The notes: generated from the letters alone by a model not told the origin. Positions 40,025-50,920 are shown, counted from the stretch's first letter. The stretch is DNA of 64,000 bases from Atribacterota bacterium (GCA_040767965.1 JAXGNR010000008.1:1-64000); one strand, 5' to 3'. Translations and numbers: made by a program.

Positions 40025-43000
40025 ATGAAGCATTTAAAACAAATTGGATTATATCAAAAGGATTTTGAACATGACAATTGTGGCGTTGGTTTTATCGCAT
40101 CAACAGATGGAGTAAAATCTCATCAAATAGTAAGAGATGGTATTTCAATTCTCAAAAATTTAGTTCATAGAGGAGCGTTGGGTGGTGATTTAATGACTGG
40201 AGATGGTGCTGGAATGCTTATTCAAATTCCTCATAAGTTTTTTTTAAAAAAGACTTTAGAACTTGGATTTGACATTGGAGAAAAAGGTAGTTACGGAGTA
40301 GGTTTTTTATTTATGCCCAACAAAAAAGTTTTACGCGAACGGATTAAAAAAATAATTGAGAATACTCTACAAAAAGAAGGTGTAGAAATATTTGGTTGGC
40401 GTAAAGTTCCTCTGAACTTAAATTGTATTGGTCAGATTGCCAAAGAAAAAGTTCCATATATGGAACAAATTTTTCTTGATTTATCTGAAAAACCCAAAGA
40501 ATATCTAGAACAGACTCTTTATATTATAAGAAAATGTATTGAAAAAAATGTAAAAACAATTGGCGTTTCTACAGAAGATTTTTATATTCCCAGTTTTTCT
40601 TCCAGGACTATTATTTATAAAGGAATGTTCGTTGCACCTCAGTTTGAGAGTTTTTATCCTGATTTAATTGATGATGATTTTGCAAGTTCCTTTTCCATTG
40701 TTCATCAAAGATATAGCACTAATACTTTTCCTTCATGGGCTTTAGCCCATCCTTTTAGATTTCTTGCTCATAATGGAGAAATAAATACATTGAGGGGAAA
40801 TATTAACCATATAAATGCACGATTAGGAACACTTTTTTCCAAAATATTTGGGGAAAATATAAAAAAATTATTTCCTTTAATTAATGAAGAGGGAAGTGAT
40901 TCAGCTGTTTTTGATAATGTTTTTGAACTTTTAGTTCTGGCCGGAAGATCCATAGAACATACCATGATGATGATGATACCTGAAGCATTTGGAACAAAAT
41001 TTCATATTAGTGCTGACAAAAGAGCTTTTTATGAATTTCATTCTGCTTTTATGGAGCCATGGGATGGTCCGGCTGCTATTGTATTTACTGATGGTTATAA
41101 AATAGGTGCAGCTTTAGACAGAAACGGTTTAAGACCTTTAAGATATGTTATTACCAAGAATAAAAAAGTGGTGCTTGCCTCAGAAATTGGAGTTTTGGAT
41201 ATTCCTCAGGAAGATATTTTAGAAAAAGGACGGCTGGCTCCCGGGAAAATGTTTTTAGTAGATACAATTGAAAAAAGGATCAAGAAAGACAATGAAATTA
41301 AGGCTTTAGTTTCAAGACAGAAACCTTATCGCAGATGGCTGGAACAGAATAAAATAGAGTTACATGGATTGCTTCAGCATCCTGGTCCGATTAAAGCACA
41401 GCAAAATTCATTACTTGTTCGACAAAAAGCTTTTGGTTATACTCTAGAGGATCTAAACATGATAATTGTACCTATGGCAAAAAACGCACAAGAACCAATT
41501 GGTTCAATGGGAGATGACCAGGCATTAAGTGTTTTATCTGATAGACCACAACTTCTATATCGGTATTTTAAACAACTTTTTGCTCAAGTAACAAATCCTC
41601 CTATCGACCCTTATAGAGAAAATCTGGTTATGTCTTTAATGAGTTTTGTGGGGAAAGAGCAGAATTTACTTGAAGAATCACCTACGCATTGCCAACAACT
41701 TAAACTGGCTCATCCAATTCTTACTAATGAGGATATGAAAAAATTAATCCACTTTAATGAAAATGGTTTTAAAACAAGTATTGTGTATGCACTTTCTGAA
41801 ATAGAAAAAGGGAAAGTAAATTTTAAAGCTTCCCTTGTTAGTCTTTGTGAGCAAGTAGAAAAAAAAATTGATGAAGGTTATTCAATTGTTGTTATAAGTG
41901 ATCAGAATATGGATAAAGATCATATTCCTATTCCTGCCCTTTTAGCTACTTCAGCAGTTAATAATTATCTGGTAAAGAAAGAAAAGAGGCATCTGGTAGG
42001 TTTGGTTATTCAATCAGGAGAAGTAAAAGAGGTAATGGATTATGCTTTACTTATCGGCTATGGGGCTAGCGCCATAAATCCTTATTTAGTTTTTGAAACA
42101 ATTGCCAATATAAAAAACGAAATGAAGGTTTTTGATGGAAATAAATTAGAAACAGTTATAGACAATTATATAACAGCAGTAAAAAAAGGTCTTCTTAAAA
42201 TTATGTCTAAAATGGGAGTTTCAACTATTAGAAGCTACAAGAGTGCCCAGTTGTTTGAGGCAATTGGCTTAAACAAAGATTTTATAGATAAATATTTTAA
42301 GGGTACTGTTTCTAGAATTGGTGGAATTGGGTTAGATGTTGTAGAAGAAGAATCTTTGAGAAGGCATTTTTCAGCTTATCAAGAAGGAATGGAATCATTG
42401 GCTCTCGATCCAGGAGGAAGTTATCGATACAGGAAATCTTCAGAGAAACATTTATTAATTCCAGAAGCAATTGTTGCAATCCAAAAAGCTGTTAGGAGCA
42501 ATGACTATATGTTATATGGTAAATATGCACAACTAATAAATGATCAGAGCCGTCGCTTGTGTACATTGAGAGGTCTTTTTAAATTTAAAAATAAAAAACC
42601 AATACCAATAGAGGAAGTGGAAAATATTGATTCAATCGTAAAACGTTTTACTGCCTCAGGAATGAGTTTTGGGAGTCTTAGCAAAGAAGCCCATGAAACA
42701 ATTGCAATTGCTATGAATAGATTAGGGGCAAACAGTAATTCAGGTGAGGGAGGAGAAGATGAAGAGAGATACAAGCTGTTGCCAAACGGAGATTGTTGTT
42801 CCAGTATGGTTAAACAGGTTGCATCAGCCCGGTTTGGAGTTACCAGTAATTACTTGGCTAACGCAAGAGAAATACAAATAAAGATGGCTCAAGGGGCAAA
42901 ACCCGGAGAAGGAGGACAGCTCCCTGGAGAAAAAGTTGATAAAGTAATTGCTAAAGTAAGGCATTCAACTCCAGTAGTAATGCTGATATCTCCCCCTCCT

Positions 43001-44563
43001 CACCATGACATTTACTCAATTGAGGATTTAGCACAATTAATATTTGATTTAAAAAATGCAAATCCAAAAGCCCGAATTTCAGTGAAATTGGTATCAGAAG
43101 TCGGAGTAGGTACAGTAGCAGCAGGAGTAGCAAAAGGAAAAGCAGATACAGTTTTAATAAGCGGAGGAGATGGTGGTACAGGTGCGTCGCCTCTTTCTTC
43201 AATTAAACATGTTGGAATTCCCTGGGAAATTGGATTGTCAGAAACACAACAGACTCTGGTATTAAACAATCTAAGAGATCGAATACGAGTTCAGGTTGAT
43301 GGTCAATTAAGAACAGGCAGGGATGTTGTTATTGCTGCTTTATTAGGTGCTGAAGAATTTGGTTTTGGGACAATTGCTTTGGTTAGTTTAGGGTGTGTTC
43401 TTGTGAGAAAATGCCATCTAAATACATGTTTAATGGGAATAGCTACGCAAGACGAAAAACTAAGAAAAAAATTTAAAGGGAAACCCGAGCATTTAGTTAA
43501 TTTTATGAGATTTATAGCACAAGAAACCAGAGAAATTATGGCAGAATTAGGATTTAGAACTTTCGATGAAATGGTTGGACAATCAGATAAATTAGAAATT
43601 AATAATACAATAAATCACTGGAAAGCAAACCAGCTGGATTTAAGCAATATTTTTGTAAAACCAAAAATTAAAAAGAACCAATCTTATTATTGCACAAAAA
43701 AACAGGAGAACAATTTTACCTCACTAGTTGATGATAGTTTAATAAAAAAAGCTCAAGAAGTTCTAGAAAATAAGAAAAATCAAGTAAAAATATATTCAAA
43801 TATAAGAAATAACAACAGAAGTGTAGGAGCTAAACTAAGTTATGAAATATCAAAAAAGTTCGGTTCTTGTGGATTAAAAGATGACAGTATTTATTGTAAG
43901 TTTGAAGGGGTTGCCGGAGAAAGTTTTGCTGCCTTTTTAACCAAAGGAATTACTTTTGAGCTAATTGGTGATGCCAATAATTTTCTTGGAAAAGGGCTTT
44001 CAGGGGGTAAAATAATTTTGTATCCCCCAAAAGATTTTAATTCAAAATATCATTTTAACATTATAACAGGCAATGTAAATTTGTTTGGTGCAACATCAGG
44101 AGAGGCTTATATTCGTGGTATGGCTGGAGAAAGGTTTGCAGTTCGAAACAGCGGTGCTATTGCAGTTGTAGAAGGATTAGGGGATCATGGTTGTGAGTAT
44201 ATGACTGGTGGATGTGTGGTAGTGCTTGGTAACACCGGGGTAAATTTTGGTGCAGGGATGAGCGGAGGAATAGCTTATGTTCTTGATATAGATCAATTGT
44301 TTGATACCAGATGCAACTTAGAAATGATAGAATTGGAATCATTATCAGATTCAGAAGATATTGGTTTTTTACAAAAATTAATTAAACAGCATATTAAATA
44401 CACAGATAGTCCTTATGCAAAGACAATTATTAATGATTGGGAAGAAATATTGCCAAAATTTGTTAAAGTATATCCTATTGATTATCGGAAAGCGATAGAA
44501 AGAATAAAAGAAGAACAAACCAGAGAGTCTGAGGTGCTTACTATAACTGAAGAAGTATACTGA
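40025..44563 (+). CDS. gltB: Glutamate synthase large subunit
   Basis: EHDNCGVGF, HQRYSTNT, EPWDGPA, QIKMAQGAKPGEGGQLPG, 3Fe-4S CVLVRKCHLNTC; true start ATG 40025, because the ORF-track 5' extension overlaps the riboswitch. Confidence 0.95.
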   Translation: MKHLKQIGLYQKDFEHDNCGVGFIASTDGVKSHQIVRDGISILKNLVHRGALGGDLMTGDGAGMLIQIPHKFFLKKTLELGFDIGEKGSYGVGFLFMPNKKVLRERIKKIIENTLQKEGVEIFGWRKVPLNLNCIGQIAKEKVPYMEQIFLDLSEKPKEYLEQTLYIIRKCIEKNVKTIGVSTEDFYIPSFSSRTIIYKGMFVAPQFESFYPDLIDDDFASSFSIVHQRYSTNTFPSWALAHPFRFLAHNGEINTLRGNINHINARLGTLFSKIFGENIKKLFPLINEEGSDSAVFDNVFELLVLAGRSIEHTMMMMIPEAFGTKFHISADKRAFYEFHSAFMEPWDGPAAIVFTDGYKIGAALDRNGLRPLRYVITKNKKVVLASEIGVLDIPQEDILEKGRLAPGKMFLVDTIEKRIKKDNEIKALVSRQKPYRRWLEQNKIELHGLLQHPGPIKAQQNSLLVRQKAFGYTLEDLNMIIVPMAKNAQEPIGSMGDDQALSVLSDRPQLLYRYFKQLFAQVTNPPIDPYRENLVMSLMSFVGKEQNLLEESPTHCQQLKLAHPILTNEDMKKLIHFNENGFKTSIVYALSEIEKGKVNFKASLVSLCEQVEKKIDEGYSIVVISDQNMDKDHIPIPALLATSAVNNYLVKKEKRHLVGLVIQSGEVKEVMDYALLIGYGASAINPYLVFETIANIKNEMKVFDGNKLETVIDNYITAVKKGLLKIMSKMGVSTIRSYKSAQLFEAIGLNKDFIDKYFKGTVSRIGGIGLDVVEEESLRRHFSAYQEGMESLALDPGGSYRYRKSSEKHLLIPEAIVAIQKAVRSNDYMLYGKYAQLINDQSRRLCTLRGLFKFKNKKPIPIEEVENIDSIVKRFTASGMSFGSLSKEAHETIAIAMNRLGANSNSGEGGEDEERYKLLPNGDCCSSMVKQVASARFGVTSNYLANAREIQIKMAQGAKPGEGGQLPGEKVDKVIAKVRHSTPVVMLISPPPHHDIYSIEDLAQLIFDLKNANPKARISVKLVSEVGVGTVAAGVAKGKADTVLISGGDGGTGASPLSSIKHVGIPWEIGLSETQQTLVLNNLRDRIRVQVDGQLRTGRDVVIAALLGAEEFGFGTIALVSLGCVLVRKCHLNTCLMGIATQDEKLRKKFKGKPEHLVNFMRFIAQETREIMAELGFRTFDEMVGQSDKLEINNTINHWKANQLDLSNIFVKPKIKKNQSYYCTKKQENNFTSLVDDSLIKKAQEVLENKKNQVKIYSNIRNNNRSVGAKLSYEISKKFGSCGLKDDSIYCKFEGVAGESFAAFLTKGITFELIGDANNFLGKGLSGGKIILYPPKDFNSKYHFNIITGNVNLFGATSGEAYIRGMAGERFAVRNSGAIAVVEGLGDHGCEYMTGGCVVVLGNTGVNFGAGMSGGIAYVLDIDQLFDTRCNLEMIELESLSDSEDIGFLQKLIKQHIKYTDSPYAKTIINDWEEILPKFVKVYPIDYRKAIERIKEEQTRESEVLTITEEVY

Positions 44564-44796
44564 ATTAAATTTCATAAAATAGAATATTTAAAAGATGATT
44601 AATAAAATATGAAGAAAACAAATTCTTTCCTTGTAATTAATTCTTAGTAAGAACTGAATAGTTTTAAGGTAAGGATCTGAATACTTATTTATCAGCAAAA
44701 AATAAAGAACAGATTAGTAATTAATAAAAATTGTAAAAAAGCTTAAAAAATAGTATAGTAAATAAGCCAAAATAATTTCTATTAAGTAATTAAAAA

Positions 44797-45603
44797 ATGA
44801 AAAAAAATGAAAATTCTATTGGAATACTGGATTCTGGTTCAGGTGGATTAAGTGTATACAGGGAAATTAAAAAACAACTACCTCAAGAGCACGTTATATA
44901 TTTTGGAGATACTTTTTATTCTCCTTATGGAGGGAAAAAAGAACAGCAAATTTTTGAGAGAGTAAAGATTATTCTAGAGTATCTTATTGCACAAAATATA
45001 AAAACAATTATCATTGCCTGTAATACTGCTGATGTAATTACATTAAATATGCTGCAGGATATATATGAATTTCCTCTTTTTGGAGTAATTCTTCCCGGGG
45101 TCATTGAAGCAATCTCTGCAACTAAAAATAAAAGAATAGCTATTATTGGGACAGAAGTGACCATTCGAAGCAAAATACATACTCAGTTAATTAACAAGAT
45201 TAATCCATCAGTTGCTGTTTTTACTAATCCCTGCAATAATCAAATAATTAAAGAAATGGAAGAAAATTCCTTAAAAGATGTGGAGAAAATAACAGTTTTG
45301 ATAAAAGAATGCCTAAATCCATTCAAAAACAAGAATATCGATACACTTCTGCTAGGATGTACTCACTATCCTTTTTTAAGAAAATATATAAAAAAGGAGT
45401 GTAAGTCCGATATAAATATAGTTGATCCAGCAGGTTTTACAGTAAAACAGGTTTCTTATTGGCTCGCCAAAAATAACCTGTTCAATAGCTTTAAAGACCT
45501 CCCTGATTTATTTTATATCAGTGGTAATCCAGATATATTTTTAGAAACAGCAACAAATCTTTTAGGTTACAAACCAGGAGAGATCAAAAAAATAGATATT
45601 TAA
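44797..45603 (+). CDS. murI: Glutamate racemase
   Basis: DSGSGGLSV, PYG, ACNTA, LGCTHYP. Confidence 0.92.
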   Translation: MKKNENSIGILDSGSGGLSVYREIKKQLPQEHVIYFGDTFYSPYGGKKEQQIFERVKIILEYLIAQNIKTIIIACNTADVITLNMLQDIYEFPLFGVILPGVIEAISATKNKRIAIIGTEVTIRSKIHTQLINKINPSVAVFTNPCNNQIIKEMEENSLKDVEKITVLIKECLNPFKNKNIDTLLLGCTHYPFLRKYIKKECKSDINIVDPAGFTVKQVSYWLAKNNLFNSFKDLPDLFYISGNPDIFLETATNLLGYKPGEIKKIDI

Positions 45604-45703
45604 AGTACGTTAATGAATGCCACAATAAATATTGCTCAAACAAAAGGTTTGTTGTATGCTTTTAAAAACTATTTTGATATTTACAATAATTGGGAAACTT
45701 CAA

Positions 45704-45790
45704 TTCCTTTAATGTTAGTCCAGTGAGGCTGATAAGGAAATAAATAATTAGACCCCCTTGTCAGTTTATACTGAAGGGGGGTTTTATTAT
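45704..45790 (+). ncRNA. PyrR-binding attenuator leader
   Basis: TTCCTTTAA..AGTCCAGTGAGGCT..AAGGAA binding loop; terminator GACCCCCTT...AAGGGGGGTTTTATT. Confidence 0.85.
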
Positions 45791-45871
45791 TTAATAATAT
45801 GCATTGAGAAAAATTACATTTTATTCAGATATTTATAAAAAATCTAAAAAAAAGAAAGAAGGAAGATAATT

Positions 45872-47089
45872 ATGAATTCAAAACATCAACAAGAAGTTGT
45901 TGATTATACCGAACAAGGCTTAATGCAAACCATTATTCTTGGTTTGCAACACGGTTTCACTATGTTTAGTGCTACAGTTTTAGTGCCGATAATCACCGGT
46001 TTAGATATTTCTGTTGCTTTATTGATGGCTGGTATTGGCACTTTGGTTTTCCATTTTGTGACAAAAAACAAAGTTCCTGCTTTTTTAGGATCATCTTTTG
46101 CTTTTATCGCTCCTATCCTTCTGGTTACAGAAAGATTTGGAATGGCATATGCCCTAGGAGGTATTGTAGTTGCCGGGTTAATTTATCTGCTTTTTTCTTT
46201 CCTGGTGAATAATTTTGGACCAGAAAAAATTATTTCTTTTTTCCCGCCGGTTGTAACTGGTCCTGTAATAATGGTTATTGGTTTAAAATTAGCACCCACT
46301 GCAATAGGAATGGCCAGTGAAAATTGGTGGCTTGCTTTGGTAGGATTTGCAATTGTAGTTGTAGTAAGTACTTTTACCCGTGGATTTCTAAAAGTTATTC
46401 CTGTTCTCATGGGTATTGTTGTTGGGTATCTGGTGGCAATGATATTTGGACAGGTTGATTTTTCTTCTGTGATAGAAGCAAAATGGATAGGTTTTCCTCA
46501 GTTTACTATTGCGAAATTTAACTGGAATGCGATTATGATTGTAGCCCCGGTGGCCATTGTAACTGTTATTGAACATATTGGTGACGTGTTAGCAATCGGA
46601 GCAACTACCGAAAAAGATTATGCAAAAGATCCAGGCTTAAACAGAACTTTATTAGGTGATGGTTTGGCAACATCTTTATCGGCTCTTTTAGGTGGACCGG
46701 CAAATACTACTTATTCTGAAAACACCGGAGTATTGGCATTAACAAAAGTATATAATCCTGTAGTAATGCGCATTGCTGCGGTATTTGCCATTATTATTGG
46801 TTTAATACCAAAACTGGGAGCCATTATAGCAACAATTCCCGGTTCTTTAATAGGAGGGATTTCAATTATTCTTTTTGGTATGATTGCTGCGGTTGGTGTC
46901 AGGACTGTAGTAGAAAACAAGGTCAATTTTGAAAAATCCAGAAATTTAATAATTGCAGCCACTATATTAATTTTATCTCTAGGAGGAGTATCAATACCAA
47001 TAGCTCTTGGCAATGGCAGTATTGAAATTGAAGGGATGGCTTTGGGAGCATTGGTGGGTATTGTTTTAAACAAAATAATGCCTGAATAA
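45872..47089 (+). CDS. uraA: Uracil permease (NCS2 family)
   Basis: LGLQH, LGSSFAF, EHIGD, GGPANTTYSENTG. Confidence 0.92.
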   Translation: MNSKHQQEVVDYTEQGLMQTIILGLQHGFTMFSATVLVPIITGLDISVALLMAGIGTLVFHFVTKNKVPAFLGSSFAFIAPILLVTERFGMAYALGGIVVAGLIYLLFSFLVNNFGPEKIISFFPPVVTGPVIMVIGLKLAPTAIGMASENWWLALVGFAIVVVVSTFTRGFLKVIPVLMGIVVGYLVAMIFGQVDFSSVIEAKWIGFPQFTIAKFNWNAIMIVAPVAIVTVIEHIGDVLAIGATTEKDYAKDPGLNRTLLGDGLATSLSALLGGPANTTYSENTGVLALTKVYNPVVMRIAAVFAIIIGLIPKLGAIIATIPGSLIGGISIILFGMIAAVGVRTVVENKVNFEKSRNLIIAATILILSLGGVSIPIALGNGSIEIEGMALGALVGIVLNKIMPE

Positions 47090-47167
47090 AGAATTTATCT
47101 ATCCATAATAAATCGATAATCTTAAAGAAACAAGTCTTTGCTGTTTGTACAAAAGAGTTCTTTTTCA

Positions 47168-47196
47168 TTGACTTGTAAATAGATTTTCATTATAAT
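47168..47196 (+). promoter_or_regulatory. sigma70 promoter of the TTT cluster
   Basis: TTGACT-17-TATAAT followed by the palindrome CACATGTG. Confidence 0.6.
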
Positions 47197-47250
47197 TTCA
47201 CATGTGTGCTAAAACAATAAATTTTTTAAAAAGAAAGGTATTGGATTAAA

Positions 47251-47751
47251 ATGGTTTCCTGGAAAAGAGAAGTTATTGTAGGTATTTGTATAATTTTAGT
47301 ATCAGTTTTTCTTATTATTGATACTAATATAACCGGCGACAGAGTTGGTATAATGCTTGCTGCCCGCAGCAGTACTTATGTTAAACTCTGGATTTATATT
47401 TTAATGTCCTTAACAATGATTTTAATAATAAAGGCAATTCTGAAAAGAGATAACACTAAACCAGTGGCTATTTTTTCATCCACTGTAATAACTAGTGCAA
47501 TTTTGCTTTTTCTTTATATCTATGCCATGCCTAAAATTGGATTTTTTATTTCTACAATGCTTTTTATATTTATGCTGACATCTTATTATGATCTTTATCC
47601 TGTTACAACTTTTTTTAAAACAAAGAAAGCTACTACTAAAATTACTACAGTCATAAAATTGTTTGTATTTTCTCTAGTGATAACTTTCTTTGTACAGTAT
47701 GCTTTTGCAAATATTCTAAGAGTGCGCCTACCACAGGGAATACTTTTTTAA
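47251..47751 (+). CDS. tctB: Tripartite tricarboxylate transporter small TM subunit (TctB family)
   Basis: 4 TMs, IGFFISTMLF, C-terminal LRVRLPQG; next to tctC and tctA. Confidence 0.8.
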   Translation: MVSWKREVIVGICIILVSVFLIIDTNITGDRVGIMLAARSSTYVKLWIYILMSLTMILIIKAILKRDNTKPVAIFSSTVITSAILLFLYIYAMPKIGFFISTMLFIFMLTSYYDLYPVTTFFKTKKATTKITTVIKLFVFSLVITFFVQYAFANILRVRLPQGILF

Positions 47752-47997
47752 TTTAAAAATATTTGCTAAAGAAGATTTAAACCCTTTTTTCGTTTCAAAA
47801 GCGATGAAGATGAAAATGAAATATGTATTAAATATTTAACTGAAATCTGAATTGATTATTCAAAAAAGATCAAAAGAAAGGAGGCGTGTAAAATCTTTTA
47901 AAACAATATTAAGTTAGATTTGTCTAACTTATCTAAAAATAAAACTTATGAAAGATAAATAGTAAAAAGAAAAATAGAGAAAAAAAGGAGATAAATT

Positions 47998-48969
47998 ATG
48001 AAAAATAAAAATTTATTATTTGCCATCATTGTTTTGACAGTTGTCCTTATTACAAGTATAGCTGTTTCGGCACAAGATTATCCAAACCCCAGACAGACTA
48101 TTGAAATAATAGTTCCTTATGCTGCTGGTGGTGGTTCTGATACCCTTACTCGAGTTTCTATGAAATATTTAGATGTTCCTTCACCAATAGCGGTTATAAA
48201 TATTTCAGGTGCAGCTTCAGCAATAGGTACTATGGAAGCTTACAATTCTGTAGCTGATGGATATAGATTGCTATGCCACAATGCTGAAAACTTGGTAGAT
48301 GGTTATCTGGTAGGAACCATGCCTGCCCCAGTCTTTGAAGACCTTGAACCTCTTGCCTGTGTGGTTGATGACCCATATGTCATAGTAGCACCAAAAGATT
48401 CAAAATTTAAAACCTGGGATGAATTTGTAGCTTATGCCAAAGAAAATCCTGGCATTATGTCTTATGCAGGTGGCGGAGTAGGCGGACTTCTTCATTTAAA
48501 TTCCATAAAAATATTCCAGGATGTAGGGATCGAAGTTAATATTGTTCCCACTCAAGGTGGAGCACAAACAAGAACAGCAGTGGCCGGTTCTCATGTTGAT
48601 GCCGGAATCTTAAATGTGTCTGAAGCAAAAGATATGATTGAAGCAGGTGATTTTATTCCTTTATTGGTAAGCTCGCAAGAACGTTCTAAATATTTACCAG
48701 ATGTTCCTTCTGCCGGGGATATAGGTTCAAGTGTAAATTATAGAATTCACAGAGGTTTTTTTGCTCCTCCAGGAACACCTCAGGAAGTAGTAGATTATTG
48801 GGAAGCACAGCTTAAAAGCATAAATGAAAATCCAGAATTCGTAAAAGAAATAGAAGAAACCTTTAATTTCAGCACCAGTTTCCTTAGTGCACAAGAAACC
48901 AAAGAAATGTTAAATGAAATGTATCCAACATGGAAAGCCTTCATGGAAGAAGTTGAAGGAGCAAAATAA
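47998..48969 (+). CDS. tctC: TTT substrate-binding protein (TctC/Bug)
   Basis: Signal peptide, DYP..IIVPYAAGGGSDT, DGY, GG..AVAGSHVD, LPDVP, APPGTP. Confidence 0.92.
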   Translation: MKNKNLLFAIIVLTVVLITSIAVSAQDYPNPRQTIEIIVPYAAGGGSDTLTRVSMKYLDVPSPIAVINISGAASAIGTMEAYNSVADGYRLLCHNAENLVDGYLVGTMPAPVFEDLEPLACVVDDPYVIVAPKDSKFKTWDEFVAYAKENPGIMSYAGGGVGGLLHLNSIKIFQDVGIEVNIVPTQGGAQTRTAVAGSHVDAGILNVSEAKDMIEAGDFIPLLVSSQERSKYLPDVPSAGDIGSSVNYRIHRGFFAPPGTPQEVVDYWEAQLKSINENPEFVKEIEETFNFSTSFLSAQETKEMLNEMYPTWKAFMEEVEGAK

Positions 48970-49000
48970 TAAAAAACACCTATCTGATAAATAGGTAAAA

Positions 49001-49040
49001 TTCGAACCCAGGAAAAATTAAATTACTTCCTGGGTTCGAA
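49001..49040 (+). terminator. Intergenic stem-loop (mRNA stabiliser or attenuator) after tctC
   Basis: TTCGAACCCAGGAA...TTCCTGGGTTCGAA, 14-bp stem. Confidence 0.6.
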
Positions 49041-49136
49041 AAAATATCTCAATTTTAGATATAAAGTTGTACAAGTTTAATATTTTAATCTACTACATTA
49101 TTATTAAAATAAAAATAAAGAATAACAAAATAGAAG

Positions 49137-50660
49137 GTGATACAATTGGCAGATATTTTTGAACTAGTAGGGCTTGGCTTAAAATATTATACAGCAGACC
49201 TGGGTGGAATTATGTTTGTAATGGCAATGGGAACATTGATAGGTCTAATTTTTGGATGCATTCCTGGTCTGACTGCTGCTTTAGCGGTTACTTTATTACT
49301 TCCATTTACTTATGCTATGACTGCTGAAATGGGAATTTCTTTACTTATTGCCTTGTATGTAGGAGGAGTTTCTGGAGGTATATACGCTGCATCATTATTA
49401 AATATTCCAGGTACTCCAGGTTCGCTGGTCACTATTTTCGATGCATATCCTCTGGCAAAGCAAGGCTATGCATCTTTATCCTTAACGGTTAGTCTATTTT
49501 CTTCATTTGTAGGAGGAATCTTTAGCTTTTTTGTGTTGATTTCTCTTGCACCCCAATTATCAAAAATAGCCCTTATGTTTGGTTATTGGGAGTATTTTGC
49601 CATGGGAATACTAGGATTGTGTGTGGTAGTTTCTTTTACTTCAGGGGACACTATTAAAGGACTAATCGGTACTGTCTTGGGGAGCATCATGGCTATGGTC
49701 GGAATGGACCCTTTGACCGGATTAGGTAGGTTTACCTTTGGTCAATGGCAACTTTCAGGCGGATTACCTTTGCTGGCAACACTGATGGGATTTTTTGCTA
49801 TTTGTGAAATTTTCAATCAAATGAAAAATTTGAACATGAAAAAAGAAATGATTACCTTGAAAGAAAAAATAAGAATGTTCCCTCCATTTAATCTGATTAA
49901 ACAGCATAAAATTGTGTTTCTGGTTTCTGCAATAATTGGGACCTGGATTGGCATTCTGCCTGGTATCGGTCAGTCAACAGGCTCTCTGGTTGCTTATAAC
50001 CAGGTAAAACAGATGTCTAAAACTCCTGAAAAATTTGGTAATGGAGCAATTGAGGGTGTTATGGCATCAGAAACAGCCAATAATGCGGTAAACGGGGGAG
50101 CTTTAATCCCTATGATAACGCTGGGTATTCCGGGAGATTTGGTTACTTCAATTTTATTAGGCGGTTTAATTATCCATGGATTACAACCCGGACCAATGCT
50201 ATTTAGAAATAGCAGAGAGCTGGTAGGAGTAATTTTTGTATCTTATTTTTTTGCTAATATTTTAATGTTAATTATTGGTTTTGCCTTAATTAAATTTTTT
50301 ATTTATCTATTAAGAATTTCAGCAAGCAAGCTTTTTCCGATTATTATGGTGATGTGTGTCTTGGGGACCTTTACAGTAAATAACCGCATATTTGATGTCT
50401 GGATACTATTAGCTGCTGGAATAATAGGGTATATTCTTACTGAGATTGGATTTAAGCTGCCACCAATAATTTTGGGATATATCTTGTCCCCTATTATTGA
50501 ACATAATTTTAGAACAGGTATTATAAATTCAAGAGGAAGTTTTTTACCTTTTATTACCAGACCTATTTCAGCAGTAATCCTAGTATTAGCCTTAATTCTT
50601 CTTGTTTACCCGGCAATAGTAGAAAGAAAGAGAAAGAAGTTCAACGCCAGTACCGGTTAG
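49137..50660 (+). CDS. tctA: TTT large TM subunit (TctA)
   Basis: GCIPGLT, NIPGTPGS, GMDP..RFTFG, ASETANNA, LGIPG, GLQPGP. Confidence 0.93.
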   Translation: MIQLADIFELVGLGLKYYTADLGGIMFVMAMGTLIGLIFGCIPGLTAALAVTLLLPFTYAMTAEMGISLLIALYVGGVSGGIYAASLLNIPGTPGSLVTIFDAYPLAKQGYASLSLTVSLFSSFVGGIFSFFVLISLAPQLSKIALMFGYWEYFAMGILGLCVVVSFTSGDTIKGLIGTVLGSIMAMVGMDPLTGLGRFTFGQWQLSGGLPLLATLMGFFAICEIFNQMKNLNMKKEMITLKEKIRMFPPFNLIKQHKIVFLVSAIIGTWIGILPGIGQSTGSLVAYNQVKQMSKTPEKFGNGAIEGVMASETANNAVNGGALIPMITLGIPGDLVTSILLGGLIIHGLQPGPMLFRNSRELVGVIFVSYFFANILMLIIGFALIKFFIYLLRISASKLFPIIMVMCVLGTFTVNNRIFDVWILLAAGIIGYILTEIGFKLPPIILGYILSPIIEHNFRTGIINSRGSFLPFITRPISAVILVLALILLVYPAIVERKRKKFNASTG

Positions 50661-50773
50661 ATGTTTTATATAAAAAATGTGATATTTTTGATTCAAAATA
50701 ATAAAAATAAACATATACCAGGTTAGAAAATGAAGGTCATTTTAGTGAATATATTTTTAATCCTGTTTATTTT

Positions 50774-50820
50774 AACAATAGCAGATGATAGTTTTAAACT
50801 GTCATCTGCTATTGTTTTTT
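50774..50820 (+). terminator. Intrinsic terminator after tctA
   Basis: AACAATAGCAGATGA...TCATCTGCTATTGTT followed by a T tract. Confidence 0.75.
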
Positions 50821-50920
50821 AGATTATTCTTAAAAATAAACTAAAAATTCTTGTAAATTAATCTTTCAAAAGAAGAAAAGGATAAAATAAATTAAAGAAA
50901 AGAGATGTTATCAAATAGGG

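Noticed and set aside
37776-44563. Genomic island integrated at tRNA-Ser
   Set aside because: No integrase and no duplicated tRNA 3' end seen in the window
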